DNA of 64,000 bases from Candidatus Binatia bacterium (GTDB lineage: Bacteria; Desulfobacterota; Binatia; UBA9968; JAJDTQ01), in assembly GCA_963666515.2 (NCBI GenBank), contig OY762897.2:4512001-4576000 (forward strand). The letters run 5' to 3'. The notes beneath the pieces are model-generated. The model saw only the letters and a program-made list of their open reading frames with translations. It was not told the origin of the DNA and did not search any database. The position numbers were made by a program, and so were the translations under genes. The stretch's first letter is position 1. Every line of letters begins with the position of its first letter. Positions 21,549 to 30,752 of this stretch are shown here, piece after piece.

Positions 21549-22670
21549 ATGCTGGCCTATCATTTCACCGAGATGCCCTATCCGTTTCTCCCGGACGATG
21601 CGGAGGAAACGTACGGGGCCATGCGCGTGACCCTGCCCAACCGCTACTGCGACCCCAAGATCGCCCACGACCTCTACAACCGCTACCTCGACGAGTACGA
21701 GTACGCCGACGAGCTGGGCCTGGAGATCATGCTCAACGAGCACCACGCCACCGCCACCTGCATGGCGGCCAACGTCTCCATCACCGCCGGCACCCTGGTG
21801 CGGCGCACCAGGCGCGCCAGGATCCTGGTGCTGGGCTTCCCGCTGGCGCACCGGAGCCCCATCCAGGTGGCCGAGGACGCCGCCATGCTGGACGTCATCT
21901 CGGGCGGCCGCCTCATCGCCGGCTTCGTCCGCGGCGTGGGCACCGAGATCCATCCCGCCAACACCAACCCCTCTGACACCCGCGAACGGATGCAGGAGGC
22001 CCACGACCTCATCATCAAGGCGTGGAAGACCCAGGACGTGTTCAACTGGGAGGGCAAGCACTACCACTACCGCTACGTGAACCCGTGGCCGCGCCCCTAC
22101 CAGCAGCCCCATCCCCCCATCTGGATCACCGGCAGCCAACCCGCGGCCGTGCCCTGGGTGGCCGACCACCACTACACACTGGCCACCGTGCTCACCTCCT
22201 ACGAGCAGACCGAAGCCCTCTTCGGCGCCTACCGCAAGCGTTGCGAGGAGATGAACTACCCCGAGCCGGGCTCCGAAAGGTTCGCCTATTGCGCCCTGAC
22301 CTTCACCGGTGAGACCGACAAGAAAGCCGAGGAGGGCGGCCGCAAGCTTCTCTGGTACCTCAACAAGCGCCGCCCCGTAGGTTTCTTCGCCCCGCCCGGA
22401 TTCGTCCCGCCCCAGGGCCTCACCCGTTTCTTCGACCCCAAGGGCAACGCCCGCTACAACCGTACCTACGAAGACCTCATCAACCAGGGCGTCATCATCG
22501 CCGGCACCCCCAAGAAGGTCATCGAGAAGGTCAAGTACCTCCACGACCGCTGCGGCGTCGGCCACCTGCTCATGATGAACCAGGCAGGGTTCATGACGCA
22601 CGAGGAGACCAAGCGCAGCATGGAGCTGTTTGCGACGGAGGTTTATCCGGAGTTGAAGACGTGGCAGTGA
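21549..22670 (+). CDS. LLM-class flavin-dependent oxidoreductase
   Basis: NEHH, AEDAAMLDVISGGR, PRPYQQPHPPIW and MELFATEVYP motifs. Confidence 0.92.
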   Translation: MLAYHFTEMPYPFLPDDAEETYGAMRVTLPNRYCDPKIAHDLYNRYLDEYEYADELGLEIMLNEHHATATCMAANVSITAGTLVRRTRRARILVLGFPLAHRSPIQVAEDAAMLDVISGGRLIAGFVRGVGTEIHPANTNPSDTRERMQEAHDLIIKAWKTQDVFNWEGKHYHYRYVNPWPRPYQQPHPPIWITGSQPAAVPWVADHHYTLATVLTSYEQTEALFGAYRKRCEEMNYPEPGSERFAYCALTFTGETDKKAEEGGRKLLWYLNKRRPVGFFAPPGFVPPQGLTRFFDPKGNARYNRTYEDLINQGVIIAGTPKKVIEKVKYLHDRCGVGHLLMMNQAGFMTHEETKRSMELFATEVYPELKTWQ

Positions 22671-22723
22671 GGCGGGGTGGAACCGGCTGAGCATCACCGC
22701 CGTTGCCGCCGGAGCCATGACGG

Positions 22724-23845
22724 TTACCGCCAGACGAACTCGTAGCTCGTGCTGCGACCTCGGGCCTCGCCACGGACCAGGATGCCGCGATCAATCAGAT
22801 CGCGGATGTCTCGATTCGCCGTGTCCTGGGAACAGTGGTTCATCGTCGCCCACTTCGACGAGGTGAGTTTTCCTTCGAAACCGTCCAGAAGCCGGTTGAG
22901 GATCTTCACTTGCCGCTCGTTCAGCGAATGGTGGGAATGGGCCTCCCAAAAGCGGGCCTTTGCCAAGACGGCGGCGAGGGTACGCTGCGCGTTCTCGATC
23001 GCCCGCGTGAGGCATTCTAGAAACCAGATCTGCCAATCGGTGATATCCAAGCCGCCCTTCTGAGTTGTTTCCAGGATGTCGTAGTAGGTTTTGCGCTCCA
23101 GGCGGATTTGAGCGGACATGCTGTGGAAACGCTCGGGGCTCTCTTCCGACCGAGCCAGCGCCATGTCTGCGATGGCCCGCGCGATACGTCCGTTGCCGTC
23201 ATCGAAGGGATGAATGGTGACGAACCAGAGATGGGCGATGCCGGCGGCGAGCACGGGTTCCATCGACTGTGTGCCTTCGAACCATTCCAGGAACCTGGAT
23301 ATTTCGTCCGTGAGGCGCTCGGCCGGCGGAGCGGTATAGTGAACGCGCTGGCGGCCGACCGGACCTGAGACAACTGCCATCGGCCCGTCCGCGTCGTCGC
23401 GCCACTGGCCGACGCGAATCCGGCGCATTCCGCTGTGCCCGGTCGGGAAGAGGGCGGCGTGCCACGAAAACAGCCGCTCTTCGGTCAAGGGCGCGGCGTA
23501 GTTCCGGGTGGCGTCGAGCGCCATTTCGACGGCGCCGTCCACGTGTCGATCCACCGCTGGCAGGCCACCGATATCAAGGCCGAGGCGGGTTGCAATCGAC
23601 GAGCGAACCTGTTCGGGGGCGAGGATTTCTCCCTCGATCTCGTTAGTCTTCACGACATCCTCGGTGAGCGTGCGCAACGTGGCTTGGCTGCGCATCTCGA
23701 AGCCCAGGGCCTCCATGCGGCCAAGCAGTTTTCCCTGGATATGGCGTGCGTGCGCGAGGTGCTTGGCGAGCCGGGCCGTATCCTGCTGGAACCGCGGCCA
23801 TTCCGGGCGTTGCCAGATGTACGCAGGAGTTTCTCCGTACAACAT
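22724..23845 (-). CDS. Fic-family protein (DUF4172 N-terminus, C-terminal HTH)
   Basis: YIWQRPEWPRF N-terminus; Fic motif HPFDDGNGRIAR; CSQDTANRDI...GRSTSY. Confidence 0.92.
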   Translation of the reverse strand: MLYGETPAYIWQRPEWPRFQQDTARLAKHLAHARHIQGKLLGRMEALGFEMRSQATLRTLTEDVVKTNEIEGEILAPEQVRSSIATRLGLDIGGLPAVDRHVDGAVEMALDATRNYAAPLTEERLFSWHAALFPTGHSGMRRIRVGQWRDDADGPMAVVSGPVGRQRVHYTAPPAERLTDEISRFLEWFEGTQSMEPVLAAGIAHLWFVTIHPFDDGNGRIARAIADMALARSEESPERFHSMSAQIRLERKTYYDILETTQKGGLDITDWQIWFLECLTRAIENAQRTLAAVLAKARFWEAHSHHSLNERQVKILNRLLDGFEGKLTSSKWATMNHCSQDTANRDIRDLIDRGILVRGEARGRSTSYEFVWR

Positions 23846-23928
23846 GCGGAGAATATAGCATCCATTCTCCGCATCGACAAGCTAATCTCCGCTTTACTTG
23901 CGGAGATAAAGGGTTTCATTCTCCGCAT
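23830..23928. promoter_or_regulatory. Operator-like TCTCCGC repeat array upstream of and overlapping the fic start
   Basis: IRs TTTCTCCGT-N7-GCGGAGAAT (23830-23854) and AATCTCCGC-N7-GCGGAGATA (23884-23908); ATTCTCCGCAT half-sites at 23864 and 23918; 54-bp period. Confidence 0.7.
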
Positions 23929-23990
23929 GATTACCTCCCCCGACGGAATGGAACACCTGCTGGGGGGCCATGATCTTACGCGTAGGACTG

Positions 23991-24025
23991 TTGCAATTGG
24001 TCAGTTTTAGCATTATATTTCTGAC
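23991..24025 (+). promoter_or_regulatory. Promoter and operator of the AbiE-like TA pair
   Basis: TTGCAA, 17-bp spacer, TATATT (23991-24019), overlapped by IR GTCAG-N16-CTGAC (24000-24025). Confidence 0.6.
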
Positions 24026-24048
24026 AACCACGGTTGCTGCGAATCACC

Positions 24049-24645
24049 ATGCCAAGCCTTGCCAGACAAATCACGGAGCACGCCAACCCGCTTCCGGAGG
24101 GCACGCCGATCTGCGCGGGCGCACTGCTTCATCTCGGTAGCCGAGCCGCGATCGATCAGGCTCTCTCGCGCCTCGCGCGTTCCGGGATGTTGATGCGGAT
24201 TTGCCAGGGGATCTACATGCAACCGGTCGAAACCCGGTTCGGGCGTTGCGCGCCGAGCATCGACAGGGGGATTAAGGCACTCGCGGCCCTTTGGGGCGAG
24301 ACCATTGTCCCCTCCGGTGGTGCAGCGGCGCATGTTCTCGGCCTCACGACGCAGATCCCGGTGCGGTCGGTCTATCTCACATCCGGCCCCCATCGGCGTT
24401 TGCGGTTCGGTAGTCTGGAAGTCGAATTGCGGCATGCGCCGCGCTGGCAGCTCGCGGCTTCTTATCGCAGGGCCGGCGACATCATCCGGGCTCTCGCTTG
24501 GCTTGGGCCGACCGAGATCCAAGACGGACTGAAATCTGTTCTTCCGAGCCTCTCTCAGGAGGAGACGGAGGAGCTTGCGAAGGCGCGGGCAACCATGCCG
24601 TATTGGATGGCGGAGCCCGTAAGTGCCTTGATAGCCAATGGCTGA
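24049..24645 (+). CDS. Type IV TA antitoxin, AbiEi-like (DUF6088)
   Basis: GSRAAIDQALSRL, RICQGIY, GAAAHVLGLTTQIP and YLTSG motifs. Confidence 0.85.
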   Translation: MPSLARQITEHANPLPEGTPICAGALLHLGSRAAIDQALSRLARSGMLMRICQGIYMQPVETRFGRCAPSIDRGIKALAALWGETIVPSGGAAAHVLGLTTQIPVRSVYLTSGPHRRLRFGSLEVELRHAPRWQLAASYRRAGDIIRALAWLGPTEIQDGLKSVLPSLSQEETEELAKARATMPYWMAEPVSALIANG

Positions 24646-25654
24646 GCTGTCGTTCCAGTCGTTGGTGCCGCGTGAAAGGCGGGAGGCGCTCAGAGTAGCG
24701 CAAGAAGCGTCCGGACTCCGGGCTTTCCTCCTGGAAAAGGATATCTGGGTCGTCCAGACGTTACGCGTCTTGTTCGACTTGCCGTTCGGTGCCGACGTGG
24801 TGTTCAAAGGCGGTACATCGCTGGCAAAGGCATACCGAGCAATCCGCCGCTTCTCAGAGGACATCGACGTCACCTACGACATTCGCGCGTTCGCACCCGA
24901 CTTGGTGACCGGTGCCGGCGCCGAGGCGCTGCCACGGACGCGAAGCCAAGAGCAACGCTGGAGCAGATCAATCCGCTCGCGTCTCGCCGAATGGGTCCGG
25001 GACGAATGCCTCCCGGCAGTCGGCGAGGCTCTTGGGCGTGCAGGCTTTGCAGCCAAGCTCCACGCCTCGGGAGACCAGTTGCTCGTTCGTTATGAGTCGT
25101 TGTTCGATGAGCCCGGATTCGTCAGGCCCGAGGTCATGGTTGAGTTTGGTGCACGTGGGACCGGCGAGCCGCACCAAAAACGTCCGGTGGCGTGCGACGC
25201 GGCGCCTCATCTCCCTGGTGTCGTTTTCCCAACCGCTTCTCCCTCTGTCATGCTGGCCGAACGTACATTCTGGGAAAAGGCGACGGCCATACACGTGTTC
25301 TGTCGCCAGCAGCGCCGCAGGGGTGAGCGACTGTCCCGACACTGGCATGACGTGGTCCGGTTGGACGTGGCTGGATACGCCAACAACGCGCTTGCCGACC
25401 ACGCGCTTGCACTTTCGGTGGCCCGACACAAGGCGGCCTTCTTCCGCGAGAAGGGTGCTGCCGGTGAGTGGATCGACTACGAGACCGCCGTTTCGGGAGG
25501 GTTGCAGTTGGTCCCGGACGGCTTCGCTCGGGACACGCTCGCCGAGGACTACGACAGGATGGTTTCCGACGGCATGCTGTTGGGCGATGCGGAAGCGTTC
25601 GATGCGCTCATCGAACGCTGCGCCGACATTGAGGCCAGGGCCAATCGGCGCTGA
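24638..25654 (+). CDS. Type IV TA nucleotidyltransferase toxin, AbiEii/AbiGii
   Basis: LEKDIWV, FKGGTSLAKAY, RFSEDID, ERTFWEK and SRHWHD motifs. Confidence 0.9.
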   Translation: MAELSFQSLVPRERREALRVAQEASGLRAFLLEKDIWVVQTLRVLFDLPFGADVVFKGGTSLAKAYRAIRRFSEDIDVTYDIRAFAPDLVTGAGAEALPRTRSQEQRWSRSIRSRLAEWVRDECLPAVGEALGRAGFAAKLHASGDQLLVRYESLFDEPGFVRPEVMVEFGARGTGEPHQKRPVACDAAPHLPGVVFPTASPSVMLAERTFWEKATAIHVFCRQQRRRGERLSRHWHDVVRLDVAGYANNALADHALALSVARHKAAFFREKGAAGEWIDYETAVSGGLQLVPDGFARDTLAEDYDRMVSDGMLLGDAEAFDALIERCADIEARANRR

Positions 25655-25858
25655 ACCGGATGCTGTAGCGACGTAGCGTTCACCCCGCAAAGTGAACGCT
25701 GCGGAGATAATCAGCTCTTTCTCTGGTCGTTTTCCGCTTCGTCGTCTTGCCGTAGCGCCTCCCGGTCGTAGTCGGCCGCGATATCTTCCAGAATGCCCCC
25801 TACGCAGCGAGCGCTGCCGGGGTGGACTCGTACTGAAGCGAGGGAGGAGCGGCAAAAG

Positions 25859-26032
25859 ATGAGGGTCGTCATCGACTGCAATGTCAATGACCCCGACGAT
25901 GAAGTCTATCTGGCAACCGCGATGGTTGGCGGCGCTGTTCTCATCACTGGCAACAGGCGCGACTTCACGAAATCGCGGTACGGGCCCGTCGAGGTCATCT
26001 CTCCTCGTGCATTTCTGGATCGAACAGAATGA
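25859..26032 (+). pseudogene. Internally deleted PIN-domain toxin
   Basis: MRVVIDCNV joined directly to DPDDEVYLATA...LITGNRRDF...ISPRAFL; only 57 aa. Confidence 0.7.
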
Positions 26033-26099
26033 GAAATGGCAATGTGCAACAGGCTGAGAGCCGGCACGGCAGGTCCTGTGAGCAATCAACTCGACTGCG

Positions 26100-26429
26100 T
26101 TACAAGGCTTCCTTGCTACGCTGAGGCGCTCGGCCGCCTTTACGCCTTCCGCCCCGCTCCCTACGAAGCCGGGCGATGTCGGCGATGACGTCTTCCATGA
26201 TCTCGTCCTCGGAGCGCCCGGCGTCCTCGGGCGAGAGCTCAATGCGGGTGAGGATGGATGCAATTTGGTCGGCGGCCGCGTTACGGTCTACCACTTCTTT
26301 GGGACGAAAAAGGATGCCATCTCCAACCACGGTTGCCTCCAAAAGATCGCCTTCATGCAGATCGAGCCCTTTGCGCAGCTTGGCCGGAATGGTGACCTGG
26401 AATTTCGGCTTTACGGTGACCAGAGACAT
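26100..26429 (-). CDS. AbrB/MazE/SpoVT-family antitoxin (orphan)
   Basis: VTVKPKFQVTIPAKLRKGLDLHEGDLLE...ILFRP. Confidence 0.82.
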   Translation of the reverse strand: MSLVTVKPKFQVTIPAKLRKGLDLHEGDLLEATVVGDGILFRPKEVVDRNAAADQIASILTRIELSPEDAGRSEDEIMEDVIADIARLRRERGGRRKGGRAPQRSKEAL

Positions 26430-26534
26430 GGCGAGCCTCGTGTAAGAAAGTAGTAAAGTTGTCCTATCACGGGATGCGTGGATACGCAATATCGGACCAT
26501 CCGACATGTGGTCAGGGCTCGCCCTACGGCTTGG

Positions 26535-27572
26535 CTAGGAGTCCGGCACGAGCACGGGCTTGAGCGCCTCTCCGTCCCGGATGAGTTCAAACCCGCGCGG
26601 CGCTTCGGACAGCGGCAGGACGTGGCTCCGGACCGGGGCGAGGTCGACGGCGCCAGCCGCCAGCAATTCGGTGGCACGTTGCCAGGTCTGCCAGATCTGC
26701 CGGCCGTGGATGTTGTGCATCACCGGGCATTTCAGCAGCCAATAGGTGAAGTCCACGGGGATGGCTGACGGCGGCGCGCCCACCAGCCGGAAGTCGCCGC
26801 CCTTGGCGAGGGAGGTGAAGACGGCGTTGAATCCGGCTTCGGTGCCCGATAGCTCCATCCCCACGTCGGCACCAGCGCCGCCGGTCATGTCGCCCACCAC
26901 GCCCGCCAAGTCCTCGCTGCCGGCATCCACCGCGCGGTCGGCGCCCATGGTCTCGGCGGCGCGGAGACGGAGCGGGTTGATGTCGCAGGCGATGATCCTG
27001 CCGGCGCCCAGGGCGCGCGCCACCGCCACCGCCATGAGCCCGATGGGTCCGCATCCGTTCACCAGCACCGACAGCCCTGAAACGCCGGCGCCCGCGAGGC
27101 AGGCGTGGACGGCAATGCCGAACGGCTCCAGCATGGCCGCGGTCTCGTGCGGAAGGCCGGGCGGATTCACCCAGGCGATGGAGGCGGGGACGGTCAGGTA
27201 CTCGGCGAACGCGCCGTCGATGTCGATGCCCGGGTAGCGGGTGTTCTCGCAAAGGTGGGCGCGTCCGAGCCGGCAGGAGCGGCAATTGCCGCAGAAGATG
27301 TGACTTTCGAGGCTGACCCGGTCGCCCGCCGCAATACCTTCCACCCCCGGACCGGCGGCCTCGACCGTGCCCGAGACCTCGTGACCCAGGACCCGCGGCA
27401 GGACCATCCGGCGCGCCATGCGCGGCGCCCAGTTGTAGATCTGCAAGTCGGTGCCGCAGATCCCGGCGGCGCCCACCCGGATCAATATCTCGCCGGGGCC
27501 GGGTTCGCGCGGCTCCGTCTCGCGGAGCGCGATGCCGCCCGCCTCGGGAGCGATCTTCTGAAGGCTCAGCAA
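26535..27572 (-). CDS. L-threonine 3-dehydrogenase-like Zn-dependent dehydrogenase
   Basis: GICGTD, GHE, VSLESHIFCGNCRSC, EPFGIAVH and GCGPIG motifs. Confidence 0.85.
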   Translation of the reverse strand: MLSLQKIAPEAGGIALRETEPREPGPGEILIRVGAAGICGTDLQIYNWAPRMARRMVLPRVLGHEVSGTVEAAGPGVEGIAAGDRVSLESHIFCGNCRSCRLGRAHLCENTRYPGIDIDGAFAEYLTVPASIAWVNPPGLPHETAAMLEPFGIAVHACLAGAGVSGLSVLVNGCGPIGLMAVAVARALGAGRIIACDINPLRLRAAETMGADRAVDAGSEDLAGVVGDMTGGAGADVGMELSGTEAGFNAVFTSLAKGGDFRLVGAPPSAIPVDFTYWLLKCPVMHNIHGRQIWQTWQRATELLAAGAVDLAPVRSHVLPLSEAPRGFELIRDGEALKPVLVPDS

Positions 27573-27591
27573 GGGAGCTCTCTACAAGTGG

Positions 27592-28113
27592 CTACAGGTG
27601 GTAGATGTCCACCGGCCCTTCGAGCCGGTCGTCGATGAAGGTGATCTTCTTGCGCGCGATCCTGAGCGCGCCGTCGATGCGCCGGAACGCGAAGTCGTAG
27701 CGGCTGCCGCGGGTCGCCGCCCCCTTCTTGCCGTAGACGTGCACGAGGCAGTTGGCGGTGGCCTCCACCGCGTCTCCCTCCGCGCTCTCCACCAGCACGT
27801 TGCCGATGACGTGCACTGTGCGGTCGAGGGGAAGCGAAGCCCAGGACTGGCGCGACTCGATGCGGAACACCCGGTCTTCGAGCCGGCCGCGGTCCTTGAG
27901 ATAGATCAGGTTGAGCTGGGTCTCGGGATCGGTGGTGGTCTCTTCCTCGCTGGCCCAGGCCGGCGCCCAGTACACGGCATCCTCGGCGTAGAGTTCGAGC
28001 CACTCCTTCCAGCGGCGCCGGTCCAGCAGCATGGCCTCGCGGTTGATCAGCGCCGCCACCTCCCGCTCCAGCCCGGCGTCGATGCCGTTCGTGCTCATCC
28101 CGTCCGTGCTCAT
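27592..28113 (-). CDS. Aromatic ring-hydroxylating dioxygenase beta subunit
   Basis: REAMLLD.RRWKEWLELY...YWAP; LEDRVFRI; RTVH.IGNV. Confidence 0.9.
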   Translation of the reverse strand: MSTDGMSTNGIDAGLEREVAALINREAMLLDRRRWKEWLELYAEDAVYWAPAWASEEETTTDPETQLNLIYLKDRGRLEDRVFRIESRQSWASLPLDRTVHVIGNVLVESAEGDAVEATANCLVHVYGKKGAATRGSRYDFAFRRIDGALRIARKKITFIDDRLEGPVDIYHL

Positions 28114-29447
28114 CCAGCGCCCGTCCCGTTCTCCAGCCGATCGAGCCAGGCGCGGTAGAAACCGAGGAACATTCCCTCGTGCTCCCAGTCGGGGCAGGAC
28201 GCCGCCGGCTCGAAGCCCAGGTCACGGGCGTCGCGGTCGGGGCCGGCGACCATGTCGGACAGGCCGCGGGTCATGTCGTTCCACTGGCTCGGCGGTCCCG
28301 AAGAGCCGTCCTGGACGGCTTCGAGCGCGGCGGCGTCGTCCGACGTCGCCATCCCGGCGGTCAGGTAGAAGTCCTCGAATTTCCTCAAGCGCGCGGCCCG
28401 CGCCGCCGGACTCTCTCCCCTGGGGGCGATGCAGTAGACCGAGACCTCGGTCAAACCGGGCGAGACGGGCTTCACCAGCCGGATCTGCGTCGACGGGTTG
28501 TCCATCAGCATGACGTTGGGAAAGAGATACAGGTTGCGGCCCCTGTTGAGGATCCAGTCCACCTCCGCCGGCTTGAGGTTCTCTTCGAGCCACCCCCGCG
28601 CCTCGTAGATCGGGCGGACGTGCGGCGTGGTGTGGAGCGCCCACAGCCCCATGTGCCCGTTGCCCATGTCGTAGGTGCCGCTGGGCACCTTGCCCTTGAT
28701 GCGCCCGGACTCGGTCCGCCCCATCCCGGCCGTGCGGTCCCGAGCTTCGCGTTGGGCCGTGGTGGAGGCGAACACGCTGTGGAGGGTGGTCACGTGGTAA
28801 CCGTCAACGCTGTTCTCGGACTGGAGCTTCCAGTTGCCGTGGACCACGTAGGTGGAGCAGCCTGGCACGACTTCCAGCCCGTTCTGCGCCTGGTCGGCCA
28901 GCAGGTCGATCCAGCGCGCCGCGGCCGCCAGGTGGTCCCGGAGCGCGGGCACGTCGCTTCTCAGGCTCCCGAACACGAACCCCTTGTACGAGTCCAGGGC
29001 GCCGATCCGGCGGAGGTCGAAGCGTCCGCCCGAGCGTTCCGTAGCTGCGTAGCCCAATTCCTCGTTCTTGATCCGGGTGCATCGGCCGCCGCGGTCGTAC
29101 ACCCAGCCGTGGAAACGGCAGGTGAGGACATTGACGTTCCCCTGCTTGAGCGGGGTCAGCACCGCGCCCCGGTGGGAGCAGGCGTTGATGAAGCAGCCGA
29201 GCGACCCATCCGTCTGGCGCATCACGTAGACCGGCTGTCTGCCAATTTCCGTCGCCCAATAGTCGCCCGGCTTCGCCACCTGGCTCTCGTGGCAGAGAAA
29301 CACCCACCCACCCTCGAAGATGCGCTCGATCTCCGCCTCGAAGACCGCCCCGTCGGTGTAGACCGCCCGGTCGACACGAAAGACTCCTTCGTCGACCCGG
29401 TCATCCAACAGGTGTCGGAAGCGGCTTGGTTCTGCGGTGCCGTTCAT
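28110..29447 (-). CDS. Rieske ring-hydroxylating dioxygenase alpha subunit (benzoate/anthranilate-like)
   Basis: Rieske CSHRG...CRFHGW; mononuclear Fe ENSVDGYHVTTLH; FEDFY..AGMATSDD. Confidence 0.92.
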   Translation of the reverse strand: MNGTAEPSRFRHLLDDRVDEGVFRVDRAVYTDGAVFEAEIERIFEGGWVFLCHESQVAKPGDYWATEIGRQPVYVMRQTDGSLGCFINACSHRGAVLTPLKQGNVNVLTCRFHGWVYDRGGRCTRIKNEELGYAATERSGGRFDLRRIGALDSYKGFVFGSLRSDVPALRDHLAAAARWIDLLADQAQNGLEVVPGCSTYVVHGNWKLQSENSVDGYHVTTLHSVFASTTAQREARDRTAGMGRTESGRIKGKVPSGTYDMGNGHMGLWALHTTPHVRPIYEARGWLEENLKPAEVDWILNRGRNLYLFPNVMLMDNPSTQIRLVKPVSPGLTEVSVYCIAPRGESPAARAARLRKFEDFYLTAGMATSDDAAALEAVQDGSSGPPSQWNDMTRGLSDMVAGPDRDARDLGFEPAASCPDWEHEGMFLGFYRAWLDRLENGTGAG

Positions 29448-29597
29448 CACATTCCTCGTTCGACGAAAACTATAGGAGGTCGTCAGCCGAATCAAGGACC
29501 GACTCGATTGACGCCGGTCAGCGTCAGGACGCTCAGCGTTGGCTGGAGAATTATTCTACTTTGATAAGGTGACGGAAAAAGCTACTTTGTTGGAGTC

Positions 29598-30398
29598 ATG
29601 TATGCTTCTACTGCCCCCCGTGCTCGCGACGTAATTGCGGACTTGGCAGCCGGTGGCCGGTATCACTTTACCTTGGCCGAGTTTCGATTGACGCTGGGCG
29701 TCTCCGAAAACGCGGCGCGACAGGCGTTGAGCCGCCTGGCGGCGAGGGGCGAGATCGCAAGCCCGGCGCGCGGGTTCTACGTCATCGTGCCGCCCGAGTA
29801 CAGGCGGCTCCACTGCCTGCCGGCGGATCAGTTCATTCCGGCTCTCATGGAACGCCGGCGGTCGCGGTACTATGTAGGGCTCCTGTCGGCTGCACAATAC
29901 CACGGCGCGGCTCACCAACGTCCGCAAGAATTCCAGGTCATCCTTGAGAAGAACCGGCCGGCAATCACGTGCGGTTCTGTCAGGGTAGCCTTCGTCGCGC
30001 GCCGGAACATGGGTGTCGTGCCGGTGCAGAGCTTCAACAATCCGCGCGGACCGGTTCTTGTCTCGACCGTCGAAGCGACGGCGGTGGACCTTGTCGGATA
30101 CATGCTCCGTGCCGGCGGATTGGATCGGACCGCCGGCGTTCTCTCGGAACTCGGCGAGGACATGGACCCGAAGCGCCTCGTCGACGCATCGAAGACCGCG
30201 TCGATCCTGTGGGCCCAGCGTCTGGGCTACCTCCTCGAACACGTCGGAGCCGGAGACAAAGCCGTTCTGCTCAAGGACCACGTGCAAAAGACCGCGCGGA
30301 ACTTCACGAAACTGCTGCCGGGTGTAAGTGCAGATGGTGCACCGCGGTCGAATGACTGGCGGCTTCACATCAACGCCGATGTCGAGACGGAAGCGTGA
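29598..30398 (+). CDS. Type IV TA antitoxin, AbiEi family
   Basis: GFYVIVPPEY, YYVGLLSAAQYHGAAHQ, VSTVEATAVDL and QRLGYLLE motifs. Confidence 0.88.
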   Translation: MYASTAPRARDVIADLAAGGRYHFTLAEFRLTLGVSENAARQALSRLAARGEIASPARGFYVIVPPEYRRLHCLPADQFIPALMERRRSRYYVGLLSAAQYHGAAHQRPQEFQVILEKNRPAITCGSVRVAFVARRNMGVVPVQSFNNPRGPVLVSTVEATAVDLVGYMLRAGGLDRTAGVLSELGEDMDPKRLVDASKTASILWAQRLGYLLEHVGAGDKAVLLKDHVQKTARNFTKLLPGVSADGAPRSNDWRLHINADVETEA

Positions 30399-30655
30399 TC
30401 CCGCGAGACTACATCACCGAATGGCGGGGGCGGGCGCCATGGAGCGAGGATTTCCAGGTCGAGCAGGACCTGATCATCAGCCGTGCCTTGGTCGAGATAT
30501 TCTCCGATCCGATCCTGGCCGGAGCACTGGCGCTCCGAACTCCATCTCGCCCGCCGCCGCCACCGCGACCTGACAAATGGACCGCAACCGGTGATGACAT
30601 TCTCGCCAAGAACCAAAGGGCTCGAAACAAGGTGGCCGAAGTTGTGGCCTCATGA
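30395..30655 (+). pseudogene. Disrupted AbiEii toxin
   Basis: MIPRDYITEWR..APW...QVEQDLIISRALVEIF...ALALR, then loses the expected GGTAL...SEDID core. Confidence 0.8.
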
Positions 30656-30752
30656 TAAATTCAACCCATTTGTGACGCTGATATTGGCATTCGAATGGTA
30701 GAAGCTCGTCCGTCGCTCCAAGGCCGAGCCTTGCCGTGGGACCTCTGACGGA

